A stretch of 63,930 nt of DNA, filler included, from Reticulomyxa filosa (taxonomy: Eukaryota; Protista; Foraminifera): NCBI GenBank assembly GCA_000512085.1. It is 24 parts of 24 records of this genome, joined end to end, with 100 filler letters (N's around TTAATTAATTAA, not from the genome) between each part and the next. Parts side by side here need not be neighbours in the genome. Positions count along the whole stretch, not along the records: positions 45,857 to 54,501 come from ASPP01017556.1; positions 54,602 to 55,713 come from ASPP01044949.1; positions 55,814 to 56,948 come from ASPP01011223.1; positions 57,049 to 58,303 come from ASPP01032801.1; positions 58,404 to 60,091 come from ASPP01007304.1; positions 60,192 to 63,930 come from ASPP01010610.1; 18 more parts are not named here. One strand, given 5' to 3'. Positions 49,150 to 61,476 of this stretch are shown here, in pieces. The position numbers and the translations under genes are program-made. Every line of letters begins with the position of its first letter. Positions within the stretch are counted from its first letter, which is position 1. A model generated the notes under the pieces. That model ran no database searches and had not been told where the DNA came from. It worked only from the letters and a program-made list of their open reading frames with translations.

Positions 49150-52100
49150 CTTTGAAAACATTTCAAAATTGTTAATAGTGCGGTTTTTTCTTCTCACTAT
49201 TTCATTTGTTGGCAAGTTTGCCCGCATTTTACTATAACTAAACATTATTTTGTTAACATTATAAAATTTCTTTTGTAAAATTACATTTGGATTTCCATAT
49301 ATTAAGGGATTTCATTGCACAACAAAACAATAAAATTATGTCACAGTAACATCAATCCAATTTTCAAAAAGTGTATACTTAAAAAATCATACGTCAGATA
49401 ATTTATCCAAAACATTTCTATTGAAAATTTGTTGAAAAAAGACTTGTTATGCTAGCTTATGAAGATAATCGATTTTCTCAACGAAGAATAAAATTTAATA
49501 CTAATTTTGTTTAAACACTTTTTGTTATATTTTCTTTAATTTGGAGTTCTTTCAATGCAACTTTAGCGTCAATATGACCATACGATGTGATTTACACTAC
49601 TGTTATGCAAAAGATGCAATTATGTTTATTTTAGGTTTTTTAAATTTTTCATAATATTGATGTAAACAAAAGTTAATGGTATATTTGAAAAAATATTACA
49701 ATCAAATAAAAACAATACTAAAAAAAAATTGTGAAAAAATGCATATTTGAAAAACATTTTAAACTTTAAAAGCGCAATTTTCGCTAGTTGAACAACAAAA
49801 TTCGAATTCTTTTAGTTTTGTTTTTTGGCTGCAAATAAAGCGTGATCTCATTCTTCAAACTTAGATTTAAAAAATATCAAAAAACAAACAAATGATAATG
49901 TTATTAACACAATATCGGAAACATTTAAAATCTGAGGCGAAATTGCGCAATAAAGAAACGTATTATATCAAATTCTGGATAGATTCAGATTATTTTTTAA
50001 AGATATCTTCATTTTTGAGTTTCGAAAAAACAATGTAGGGTAAGTCACTATTATATAATATCAAATAATAATGGAATGTGAGACCATCGGTGGGTTAAGA
50101 CTATCTTACTGTTATGCTTTGTTTAATATATATTGCCCTAATAGTCGGAAAGTTGAATGCTTACATTGTCGCAAGTGAATTTATCGTCCATATTAATGTA
50201 GACATTAGAATTATTTACATTTTGAAGCTTAGGTGTATCAATAATTATTTGACTGTTATTCTTTTCGTCATTACAGTTAGCATCGTTGTCTAGATCGTGT
50301 TCAGTATATAACTCAAAGTATTGACTTTCCAATATTGCGTCCGATTGGAAATATTCAGAACATCGTTCTCCAGAATAAAACATACACTAATTGTTGCATT
50401 ACACTATATGATATAATGAAGTTATGTGGAAGATTTTGTACAACATAAAAATTTTCTTTAAACGCTTTGGTGTGATTGTTTTTTGCGTTATTTATATTGA
50501 GTTCAAGCTTTTTTTGTAAAATGATCGAACCACATTCATGTGCTACTACGAATGCTATATCATTATTGGTTAATAAATGCTGGAATTTATTTGAAATACT
50601 ATCATTGACTGCAAATATTGATTCTAAGTATCCTCAATTTCTTGAATCGTCCCGATTTAATTATTATGCAACTTAATTTAAATTTCGTATAGCTACTCAA
50701 TTACATTGTCAATTACAAGCATTAGTAAGATTTGCTATTTATTATGTTCAATTGATTGTCTCAATCACTTGCAATTAGTTTGCGTTATGTGGGTAATCGC
50801 CCTGTTTATAATGATGTTCACCAAATCACTAACATTCATCGTTCAATTGTTTTTTATTATTAGTTTGGTGATTATTCGAACGTATGTTTTCTTTCATTGT
50901 GTAATATATGATGTCGTTTAAATTGTTGTTTTTATGTTGCATGTAAGATATATTATATGTTTTACGTTGGCATTTGTTTTAATTTTAATAAGATTGTAAA
51001 AAAATACAAACGAAGCAAGTTAGTGCAATTGTTAGAACATCAAATACAATCTTTTATATTGTTGTTGGCTAGAATATCTAATGTCCGGAGTATATCTTGC
51101 GTCATTGAGACAAGCGAGACTGTAACATAAGAAGCATTATGAAACGTACAACATCATTTCGAAGAATAGATTAAATTCAGATACATTCTCCAAATTTGGT
51201 CGTGAAATGCAACAAACATGCTGTCCTTTATGTAACATAATTTTTCTATCAAACAATTTACACATTAAAGACATCATTTCGTCAAAATTGTTCAAGTTTT
51301 GTGTAATCATCATCTAATGTACATCTACAGAAAAACATTGCGACATGGCGTATCTTAAACAAAAGTGATCAGTGTAATACAAAAGGAAATTAGTTCCAAA
51401 AAGCAACTTCGTAAAAGAAAATTAAATTGACAAAAATAATTGCAACACAATAAAGGAAACAATTAAAAACAAGGCAAAAGTGAGTTGTGTTGTGAAGATG
51501 GTTTTAACACATGTGGTCCCACCGTTCCACTAGTATTTAAGACGTATAATATTGATTACCCTACAACAATAAAAAATTTTGAAATTTTTATAACGTTACA
51601 AGTAAATAATCATTATTTCGGCAAAATTTACAAAAATGACGTAAAAAAATGATTTTTATCAATAGACAATTCGAAAACAGTTACTCTGATGATTCAGCTA
51701 ATTTAATTCCATTACGTTATCAGTGAATATTCCGTATTTGTTTTCGCAATTGTTGACTTATATCATCCTACATCATTTGAAATTTTGATTGATTTTTTGA
51801 TATTTCAAAAAGTAAATTTGAAATTGTTTGACTGTATTGTAATTTGGAAGTTTTTGCTGATCTTAATCTGAGATTGATTATAACAAATATGACAACATGC
51901 TTTTCAAAGACAACACTAAAAAAATAACAATTCCTTTCATTTTTTATAAGTATTATTGAATTTATTTGCTTTTATTTTTTATTCCGTACACTGTTTGAAT
52001 ATACATCATATTGTTCTTTAAAATGTATTTTTCTTCACACCATCTATCTTCTTCGCATTGGTCAATAAGATTAAAATATGCAGTTGAAATAGCATTAAAT

Positions 52101-52736
52101 GAATAGCTACAGTTATAACAAAGCAAAATACAATCAATTGCTATCTGCTTCGTTTGATCGACAGCCAGAAATTGATCTTTGCACAGCACAGAAAAGCACT
52201 AAAGTGAAAACTTCAATTTCGCACTCTGAACATAAAAACACAAATTATAGCAACACAAAAGAACCACATTTTGATAAAATGTGCGCTCTTTCGTTGAAAT
52301 GTGCACTAGATTTGTTTTCAAAAAGACCTTCCTTTCTATCAGCATATGAAGAGCTGATCCTTGTTAAACTTTCACATTAAAACTACAAAAATATTGAAAC
52401 AGCAAAATTTAATTTAATTGCTTTTGTTTTCAATTTGACATCACTTAATTTATCAGGACCAGTACTTTTAGTTTTGACGAGTGCAGAGCGGTATGAAACA
52501 GTTAAACTTTTTGAATAACACCTCAAAATCTAGTACATTTAATCAATTATTCTCTATCTCATTACAATTTCGTATGAAACTTTCAACAAGCCTTTGTTAC
52601 AACTCATACCGTTAATTCCAACAGTCCCAAGAAACAGTAACAATTATAAGAAAATTGAAACACAATAATAAAATAAAGTATAAAAAAAATCCATCAATAA
52701 AAATAAATAAATTTAAAAAAACGTGCAAACTATAAA

Positions 52737-53268
52737 CTACTCGATCGACAGCCAACTAATTCTGCTATAAAACTCGTCGTCGGCAATTTCTTTACTTGGG
52801 TCACTAGAAATTGACTCTGGGTATCCCAATTTTTTGTTGTAGCGAACAGCAATGAGGTAATACTTTTGTTTCAGGCCATTTCTAATAAATTTAAACATAT
52901 CTAAGACTGTTGGCCGTGTTATTTCAGATTCTTTACCTATTTTAAGTGCAGGGTATTACATCATGCATTAGCGACCGTAAAAAAAAAAGAACCAAAAAAA
53001 AAGGAAAATTACCGACGCATTCGCTTGGAGGGTTGATGTATGTGGCATTCACAACCTTGTTGTTTCTAACAACAACACGAGCTGAAGTTGTGTAACACGG
53101 AGCGCAAAAACAGGATCTATCGTAAACCATTTCATAGTTTGCACAGCCAAATTTTTTCCATTTCAATTCGTTACGACGTAATTCCGCCAACGTTGTAGAG
53201 TGCTCTTTTTTTCCAAGGCCACAAAAAAATATCAAAGAAACATTTAACAATAATAATAACTTCCACAT
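52737..53268 (-). CDS. Secreted DUF6174-like protein; intron 52937-53012
   Basis: Signal peptide, then W...G..NY...Y.RSCFC......VVVRNNKVV|...PTVLDMF..I...V.YN...GYP.SI..D....IADDE, matching the bacterial DUF6174 pattern as recalled. Confidence 0.7.
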
Positions 53269-53791
53269 CTTTAGACGTTAACAATTTTCAAACACGTAAG
53301 AGCGAAAAGTAAGTTGGTTTTTGAACAGTCCACTTAAAAGAAAAACAGCACCCCGTGCCTGCAATACGTTTTATATTTAAATTGCAACCCAACAAAGATG
53401 TCCATCCCAAAAGATCATGATTTTTCCAAAAATAATTTATCTTTGAAAAAGTTTAAATGATAAAAAAACGAAATTGATAAGTTGATCTGTTTAAGATCGA
53501 TGGCAAGGACTCAATTTAACTTGATTAGTAAAATGTTGAAGTATGTAATGGACCGCAAGCAAAACAGCTAAAAATGGTGATATTATTGTTTTGCTACCAA
53601 CAACAAACAAATGCTTCTACATTTAAACGTTAAGTTTAAAAATCCAACCATATGTTATGAACAAAATTTAGTGCTGTACATTTCCGAAGATTTCTGGAAA
53701 CTTATAACTAGTAAAATAAACAGTGCAACTGCCGGTCTGGTTTTCTCTTGTTCCCTGGTTTAAAAGTTTTTTCGAAGTGACTACAAACAAA

Positions 53792-54367
53792 ATGCAAAAA
53801 AGTGGAAATCAAAAAAATGAGACGTATAAAACAACTGATTATATTGCAGTAATTTATTTATTCCTCGGTTGTTTGATTGCCCCAACAATAATTTATTATG
53901 TTCGTTGGTATTGGCGAGACCGTTTTGACAACTTTGTGAAGGGCAGAAAGCCTTCACTTTCGCTGTTGTGGTTTTTTTCAATCCTGCTGCGCCTCTTTGG
54001 TTCGTTTTTTTTTTTTTTGACAATTTCACAGCCCGCATATAAAAAAAAAAAAAAATTATGTATTGACAGTGGTGCTTCCATTGCGAGTGTGTTATACATT
54101 TTTGGCAGAAGGTGAGCACGGCGATGTGATAAGCATATTGGAATTGATAACAGTGATATTTGTGATGGCAATTGGACAATTGCGATTTTGGCATATTGCA
54201 ATGAGTTTCAAGCGCAAGAGATACGTGGCAAATCAGATGTGGAGTAATTTTTTCGCGGCCGATGCCACAGTACCATGGTACATCAAGCATTATGATTTCG
54301 CAGGAAACATTCGATTCACCGCAAAGGTGTCGGGCGGAGTAACATTGATTACATGCGCCACTTGCAT
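53792..54367 (+). CDS. Multi-pass membrane protein N-terminus (7TM/GPCR-RGS-like), 2 exons, truncated
   Basis: NET glycosylation sequon, then hydrophobic helices separated by R..RKP and RFW motifs. GT-AG intron at ~54000-54069. Confidence 0.5.
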
Positions 54368-55325
54368 GTAACTTAACATATATGCATATGTATATGTATA
54401 CATTGAATATATCCTTATCAAAGAAAGAATGAAGAGAGAAAAAAAAAAAAAAAGTATAATTTTGGAGAGTTCATTTTTTTTTTTTTTTTTTTTTTTTTTT
54501 TNNNNNNNNNNNNNNNNNNNNNNNNNNNNNNNNNNNNNNNNNNNNTTAATTAATTAANNNNNNNNNNNNNNNNNNNNNNNNNNNNNNNNNNNNNNNNNNN
54601 NGTCTATGAGAACATAAGGAACAGTTTCCAAATTGGTTTCTTGTTTAATGCTTCCTATCTAAAACCAGTTGTAATAATCAAGCAACTAAAATTATTCTAA
54701 ACAGTCAATGTCTTTGCGACACAAGTTTATTGATGTTTTGTGAAATCAAAGAAAAAATACTTTGTTTTGTCATCGTAATGTATTTCAATATATACTTTTA
54801 TTTCGTATTTATCTAATTTGTGATTATTTTCATAATAGTGCGTGTATAATGTATTTTTTGATAATATTTTCTCTTCTTATTGTGTTTTAATTGATACAAA
54901 TTACCGATATTCTTACTTTCTTAATCAATGTAACTCATTTCAAGCACATTTATTGATCAAAGGAACTGTCCTTACTTTGTTATCTATTATTATACCCTTT
55001 TAAAATATTTGATATTTCAAGTTTTTAATAATATCTCATATTTTTCGCAATAGAAAAGATATATCATAAATTACTACAAAGACAGCCTTGTTCGATTATA
55101 TACAAAAAACACAATACTTGAAATATCTTGCAATTTATTTTGATATTTGAATACAATTTTCACTTACTAGCTCAACTCTTTAAAAAACATTGAACACAAC
55201 ATTTTGAATATTAAAACAACAAAGTAAGGTAAAACAAATCTTTCAATGCTTGTATTCAATCAAACAAGTTTAATCAAACTTTTCAAACAAAAACACTTTC
55301 ATTTCTTATTCGACAAAAAAATAAA

Positions 55326-55713
55326 TTATCCCCAAATACCAATGTTACCATTGCCTGAGCCATAACACAAATTCAAATCATATTTGACATTCTTTGTCTT
55401 CTCTTTCTTTTTCAATACAATAAATTTAAGACAAATTATTTCATCATCTCCTTTGACCATATGCAACTGATTCTTATTTGATCGAATATCCCAAAAAAGA
55501 ACTGTATTGTCAGCTGATCCAGAACATATCACATTTGAATTACCACTACTATCATTTATTACAAATGGTGAATATTCAACAGACCAAACACAATTTGTAT
55601 GTCCATTGAACACTTGAATTTGTTTACCAGATCGAATATCCCACAGACAAACACTTTTATCTCTTGACCCAGACAATATTGTATTCAATAATTCATTTGA
55701 TCCATATTTTACA
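55326..55713 (-). CDS. WD40-repeat protein, C-terminal fragment
   Basis: ILSGSRDKSVCLWDIRSG...FNGHTNCVWSVEYSP...ICSGSADNTVLFWDIRS (GH...WD repeats). Confidence 0.92.
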
Positions 55714-56199
55714 NNNNNNNNNNNNNNNNNNNNNNNNNNNNNNNNNNNNNNNNNNNNTTAATTAATTAANNNNNNNNNNNNNNNNNNNNNNNNNNNNNNN
55801 NNNNNNNNNNNNNCCGGATACCTATATGCAGACACAAACAAAGTTATATTTATAATTTTTAAAAACAAACAAAAAATATATTCATAACTATTATAAGTTA
55901 GCCAAGATCCAACGCCAATTTTTTTCCTATTATAAACACTTAACAACCTTTTTTTTTGTTTTAAGGGAGGGATAAATATATAAATATAATACACAAATAT
56001 AAATTTTTCATTTTAGGAGGAATTCCTATTTCATGACAAGCACAAATATTTTACAACAAAGGTATACATACATAAATTTAAAAAACATATACAAACCTTT
56101 TTTTATTTTTTTGAAAACGGGTTAGACTTCAACCCCATTGTCATCATTATTTTGTGTGTGTGTACGTGTGGATGGTGTATACAAAATTAAATCTTGGTG

Positions 56200-56870
56200 G
56201 ACGGGGGAACCTATATAATAAAACATATGACATTTAAATACATTCATAAAAAAAAGCAAATAGAACAAACAGTTTTTCTCCTTGCGGAGACGGAAGTGGT
56301 TGCTACCCCATTTTGTTTCTTCTTTTCGTTCCATTTGATTGTCCTATTGAATCAACACAAGACATATTTATAAATTGAACATAAAGTAAAAACAAAAGAA
56401 TTACCTGGTGTATTGTAATTGCAACCACCGCTCGCATTGCAAACCATAAAGTGTTCATATCTTCATTCATCCTTGATATTCTCCAACGCCGACATAGTTT
56501 CATCAACATTGCTTGCAATAGCCTTGCTCCACGATTATTTTCTATACCAAACGCAATCGAAAAATAATTTATTATTGAACAACAAGAAAAAAAAAATACT
56601 TGGCACTGTCCGTGATATAGTCAACTAGTTCAATTGATAGCAAAAATGATAGATGACACAATGTATTGTTGCCCACTGATAATTTGAATTGTTAGTTGCA
56701 AATGTTTGAATGATAGTTAGAGCAATAGAATTTTGCAATGCGAGCTTGTCCATTGCCTGCAATGTCGTGTGTTGATGCTAAGTGCCGTATGATGACACGC
56801 CTTTGTGAATGTGGCTCTTGTTTGCATAAACGATGATGGGTACCACGACCAACTTATTTGTCGGCTGCGT
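56200..56870 (-). repeat. Degenerate paralogous segment homologous to 57640-58303 (+)
   Basis: Shared collinear blocks GGCACTTAGC.TCAACA, TATGGTT..GCAATGCGAGC, TTTATGTTCAA and GGGGTAG.AACCAC..CCGTCTCCG.AAGGAGAAAAA. Confidence 0.7.
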
Positions 56871-58489
56871 TGTCGCCCAGTTTCATCATTTGCGCTAACA
56901 GCGCTTCTATTACACCAAAGGCACGCTTGTGCAATGGAAAGTGAGCCANNNNNNNNNNNNNNNNNNNNNNNNNNNNNNNNNNNNNNNNNNNNTTAATTAA
57001 TTAANNNNNNNNNNNNNNNNNNNNNNNNNNNNNNNNNNNNNNNNNNNNGCAAGAGATAGTAAGTGTGAGAAGGGATTACATATATGATGTATCTGATTTA
57101 AAAAAAATTTTAAAAAAAAAAATAGTACGTTTGCGAATTGGGAAGTAGAAGTGATGACGCCACAATCGAATGAAATGTGCAAACAGTGTCAACCAGGAAC
57201 GATTGTGATATTTGAAACATCGTTCGCTGCCAACTGTTCATGGCATTACACTGGAGCGCACTCAAAATTGACTATCACAGCGTACCACCGTCCGAATGTT
57301 CACCATCGACTTGCAAAATTTTACTGGCTATGTCGCAAGTGTTAGCCAAATCTGCAATGTTAAGTTGTTTTTTCTTCCTTTTTTTTTAAAAACAAACAAA
57401 AAATTTTGTGCATCATACGATAACACAGATCGCCAAGATTATGCAATGGTATATTGGCGTTAAGTGAAACATGGACAGACGGCGATCGATATTTCGGATA
57501 CATTGTTCGACCAGCTGCAACTGCTGGCACAATTTGTGACTGAAAGTCAGTCGCCAGTGTCCAATGCTCATTCTATGCCCTTAAGGCGATAGAAGCGCTG
57601 ATGCGCAAATTAGGGACATGGACATAACGCAACCGACTAGCAATTTTATTACAAGTCGGCCGTGATTTCTATTCTCTATTTGTGCAAAGATGCGCTTCTT
57701 TCTCCGATACGTGGCATCCAATGGCACTTAGCCGTCAACATCTGCATGTCGATGGACACCAACAGACTCGCTTGCCTCCATACTTTATACCAGCTCCAAT
57801 ACTTGAACATACACACTGAAGATCATTCATTGGCAACAATACTTTGCATGGCCATCACAAATGTACAAACAATTTCATTGACACCAAATCTACAAGTCGG
57901 CCATATCCTGTTACTAAGTTATCTTTTTTTTATTATTGTTTCTTCAATATAGATATTATCTTTTGGTTGTTGATTGCTTATAGTATACGTGTGGGCTTGG
58001 AACAGAACAAAGTGCACAAATGATTGAATGAATTGGATGATTCCACCACTTGTCGTTATGGTTGCGCAATGCGAGCATTGTATTGCAAAACGTGCACAAA
58101 TAAGGTAAACTATTTTCTTTTTGTTTATGTTCAACCTATAAGTATACATGTGTGATTGTCTCAATAGAACCCTCCAATGTGATTAGAAAAAAAAGAAAAT
58201 ACGGGGTAGAAACCACCCCGTCTCCGAAAGGAGAAAAAAAGGTTTGTTTTATTTATATCTTTTTTTTATATATGTACAAATGTTTTGTGTTTTGTTTATA
58301 GGTNNNNNNNNNNNNNNNNNNNNNNNNNNNNNNNNNNNNNNNNNNNNTTAATTAATTAANNNNNNNNNNNNNNNNNNNNNNNNNNNNNNNNNNNNNNNNN
58401 NNNTTTTTTCCAGTATCTGCCCCGCCCAACCGTACCGACATGACGCCGGTCAAATGCCTGCCGGACGCCCATATGGCATGCACCGGCGC

Positions 58490-58515
58490 AAAAAAGCCCG
58501 TCTCGGGGACGGGCT
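58490..58515 (-). terminator. Rho-independent terminator downstream of the L,D-transpeptidase
   Basis: Minus strand reads AGCCCGTC-CCCGA-GACGGGCT-TTTTT: a GC hairpin followed by a U tract. Confidence 0.85.
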
Positions 58516-58537
58516 GCTTACCTGAGCCTTGCCAGGC

Positions 58538-59403
58538 CTAACTTGGGCTGACCAGCGGACGGCTCTGCACACTGCGGCCTTCTACCGGCACGGTGGCTTG
58601 CTCCTCTTTTGCCGGCTCTTCCACACTCAGCCAGCGCTTGCTGCTGAGCGCGCCAGTAATGGTGGCAGTGTCGGCATCCTTGCACGACAGGCAAACCGGC
58701 TTGCCGGCACGCTCACGAATGGCCAGATCCACTCGCTTGCCGTGCAGTACCTTGCCGTTTTCGGTTTGCCACTGCAGCAAGGTATTGGCCAGATGGCGGT
58801 AGGACGGGTCTTTCATGCCGTAGATGTCACGGTAGGCCGTCAGCCACAACTCGCCCGCTTCGTCTTCGTTCAGCACCAATGGCTGATAAGCGATGGTGAC
58901 CTGGGCACCCGTAGCAACCCAGTCAGCCAAGGCCAGCGCGTTTTCATTTTCAGCCGCACGCAACCGTGGCTACGCACACCCGGCACGCTACCGGGCTGGT
59001 TGGTACCGTGAAGCCCAAGCCCAGACGCGGTTCACCGAAGCGGATGAAACACCTTGCCCAGCGGATTTTCCGGCCCGGGTGGCACCTCGGTCTTCACCGG
59101 TTGGCCTTTCTTGGCCATTTCTTCCTGAATGGATTTAGGCACATGCCAGGTCGGGTCACGGTGGATGCCGGTGATACTGTAGTTGCCAGTAGGCGTACGG
59201 GTAATCTGCTTGCCCACCGCTACCGGATAGCTACGCAGCAGCACCCCGTCCTGATACAGCAGCACGCGGGTTTGCGGCAGGTTCACCACCAGGTGCTGGC
59301 CGACCGGGGCGATCTCGACGTCCGGCTCCGGCGTAGCGGCCCAGGCCGGGCTGCACAACAAGGGAAGCAGGACAAAGCTGGCTTTCATCGTCAATTTGGT
59401 CAT
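58538..59403 (-). CDS. Bacterial L,D-transpeptidase (YkuD/ErfK family) with signal peptide; three homopolymer indels
   Basis: VVNLPQTR...YPVAVGK...TPTG...P.WHVP.SI...VPPGPENPLG...HGTNQPGSVPGVRSHGCVRL (catalytic His/Cys). Frame switches at TTT (~59047), C (~59010) and AAAA (~58947). Confidence 0.9.
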
Positions 59404-59545
59404 TCGTACAGGTTGCATTGGGGCGATGTTAGCAGATGACGCGTCATTTGTTGCATTGCCATAGCCATGCCATGGCGCCGTGCGTTTTGCTGTGGTTTCT
59501 GCGACAATTGCCGCCTTTGCCACCGCATTTTGACTTTAAAAAACA

Positions 59546-60091
59546 ATGACTCAACAGCAACACATTGCCCAGATCGAATCCCTGGACCATGAAGGACGTG
59601 GTGTTGCCCACGTCGAAGGCAAAACCATTTTTATCGAAGGCGCACTGCCTTACGAAGTAGTTACTTACAGCAGCTTCCGCAAAAAACCCAGCTACGAGAA
59701 CGCTGTAGCGGTAGAAGTGTTGAAAGACAGCTACATGCGCACCGAGCCCTCCTGTCCGCACTACGGCGTATGCGGTGGCTGCTCGATGCAGCACGTGGAA
59801 TTCACCGCCCAGGTCGCCATCAAGCAGCGCGTGATGGAAGACAACCTGGCGCGCATCGGCCGCGTCAAACCGGAAGTGGTAATGACCCCGATCGCCGGCC
59901 CGGCCTGGGGCTACCGCCACCGCGCCCGCCTGTCTGCCCGCTTGGTGGAAAAGAAAGGCGGCGTGCTGGTGGGCTTCCACGAGAAGCGCTCCAGCTTCAT
60001 TGCCGACATGAACGAGTGCCACATCCTGCCCAAGCACATCTCGGCGCTGATCACCCCGTTGCGTGAAATGATCATCAAGCTGTCGATCAAC
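59546..60091 (+). CDS. rlmD: 23S rRNA (uracil-1939-C5)-methyltransferase RlmD, 5' part
   Basis: TRAM start [12 protein letters not shown]...FIEGALP.E, Fe-S motif [23 protein letters not shown] and [11 protein letters not shown]-rich third codon positions. Confidence 0.94.
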
Positions 60092-60540
60092 NNNNNNNNN
60101 NNNNNNNNNNNNNNNNNNNNNNNNNNNNNNNNNNNTTAATTAATTAANNNNNNNNNNNNNNNNNNNNNNNNNNNNNNNNNNNNNNNNNNNNTGTAGAACA
60201 AACGAGACAAGCAATGCAATATTGCGAATATTTATGTTATTCTCAGTTTGTACTGATACTTTTGATTTCAGATATGATTACTTACGAATGCAAACAAAGT
60301 AATCGTCGTAAGCTAAGAAGTAGTTTTTTTTGACTAAAACAAAATTGAAAAGTTTGCTAAAGTACTTTGGCAAAAAATTTAAGCTTATAATTAATTTTTT
60401 TTTGCGATGATCTTTATCTGTAAAAAGCTGATTATTTCCACGAAGAAAATTTGTAGTTATAAGAAAAATTAAAAATCATTTTATAATTGTGAAAGCAAAC
60501 TTTACAAAATTAAAAATGATTGTAACAAAAAAACCTTTGT

Positions 60541-61476
60541 TTAGGTTTTTTTATTGCCTGTACTTTCCCATGTAATTTTGATGGTGGCTTCATCAACCAC
60601 CTGGGCTCTGTTGTTACAAACGTCGTCCACGTATGCAGTGGTCCATTGTGGAGAAACCTTGTTGTTGTTATAAAAAATGCTAATATTGTAAAATGTTACT
60701 TCGTCGTTTGGAGGATATTGATCACAACGAGCTTCTTTTTCAAATACGAAGTACGCAATTGTGTATTGTTTGTACTGTTTTTTGTGGTTGTGATTACTAT
60801 TTGTAGGTTTTGGCAACTACATATGTGCACACATCATTTATAAAACTTAACTTGTCCATTGCTTTGTTTTTGAACGTCAATGGTAGAGCTCACAGACCAG
60901 CCAGTGGTAATATCTTTATGGTACATAGTATAACTTTGTGCACTGTCTCCGTTATACGTAACACTTCCGTATATCACATCTCCTGCGCTTACATCACTTG
61001 CCTTCGAGTCATAGTTGTAGGTTGGATCCCTGTAAAAAAAAAATAGGTTGGTTTATTGACGATAGTATTTTTTTTTTGAGGGAAAAGATGTGCAAAAAAA
61101 AATCGCACTAACCATTGATAGTATTCGTTGTAAATCTCCCAGTGATTCGAAGCCTTTTAAAGATAAAACGTTTTTTTTTATGCTTTCAAAAAGGACCATA
61201 ATATAAAATTAAAATTAAAACCAAACTTACCCAAGGGTTTACAGGTTGGATTAAGTTCAAGTTGTCAGAGGATTCAATTCCAAACCAGGGAGAAAAGAAG
61301 GCTCCGTCAACGGTCGGGTTGTCTGGGACCACCCAATAGGCCTCAATAAACGTAATTATTCCAGTTTTGGCGGGGTTTACACCCATTGCGTAGCCCAGCC
61401 AGCCTTGAGCAGGATCAGCGCAATAACCCACACTGGCCAGTAAACTGCCAGCAAGTGCTAAGAAATTCAAAGACAT
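60541..61476 (-). CDS. Secreted glutamic-peptidase (family G1/eqolisin)-like protein, at least 4 exons
   Basis: Signal peptide, then AYWVVP...SPWFGIE...LIQP..|W.IYNEYYQW|...VSAGDVIYGSV...TTG..|AYFVFE. This follows the G1 motif order (W.GID..LQ; Y.W; V.AGD.I; AEWIVE). Confidence 0.55.

Noticed and set aside
49300-52600. Long AT-rich stretch with short ORFs (possible viral or TPR relic)
   Set aside because: No diagnostic motifs; cannot be supported without a profile search.
58966-60066. Long antisense and alternative-frame ORFs over the bacterial genes (e.g. 59444-60037 on the minus strand)
   Set aside because: Expected shadow ORFs of GC-rich coding DNA opposite rlmD and the transpeptidase.
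3179-60191. Recurring TTAATTAATTAA as a CRISPR repeat or biological palindrome
   Set aside because: Always embedded in exactly 44+44 Ns and spaced kilobases apart; it is an assembly linker with stops in all six frames.
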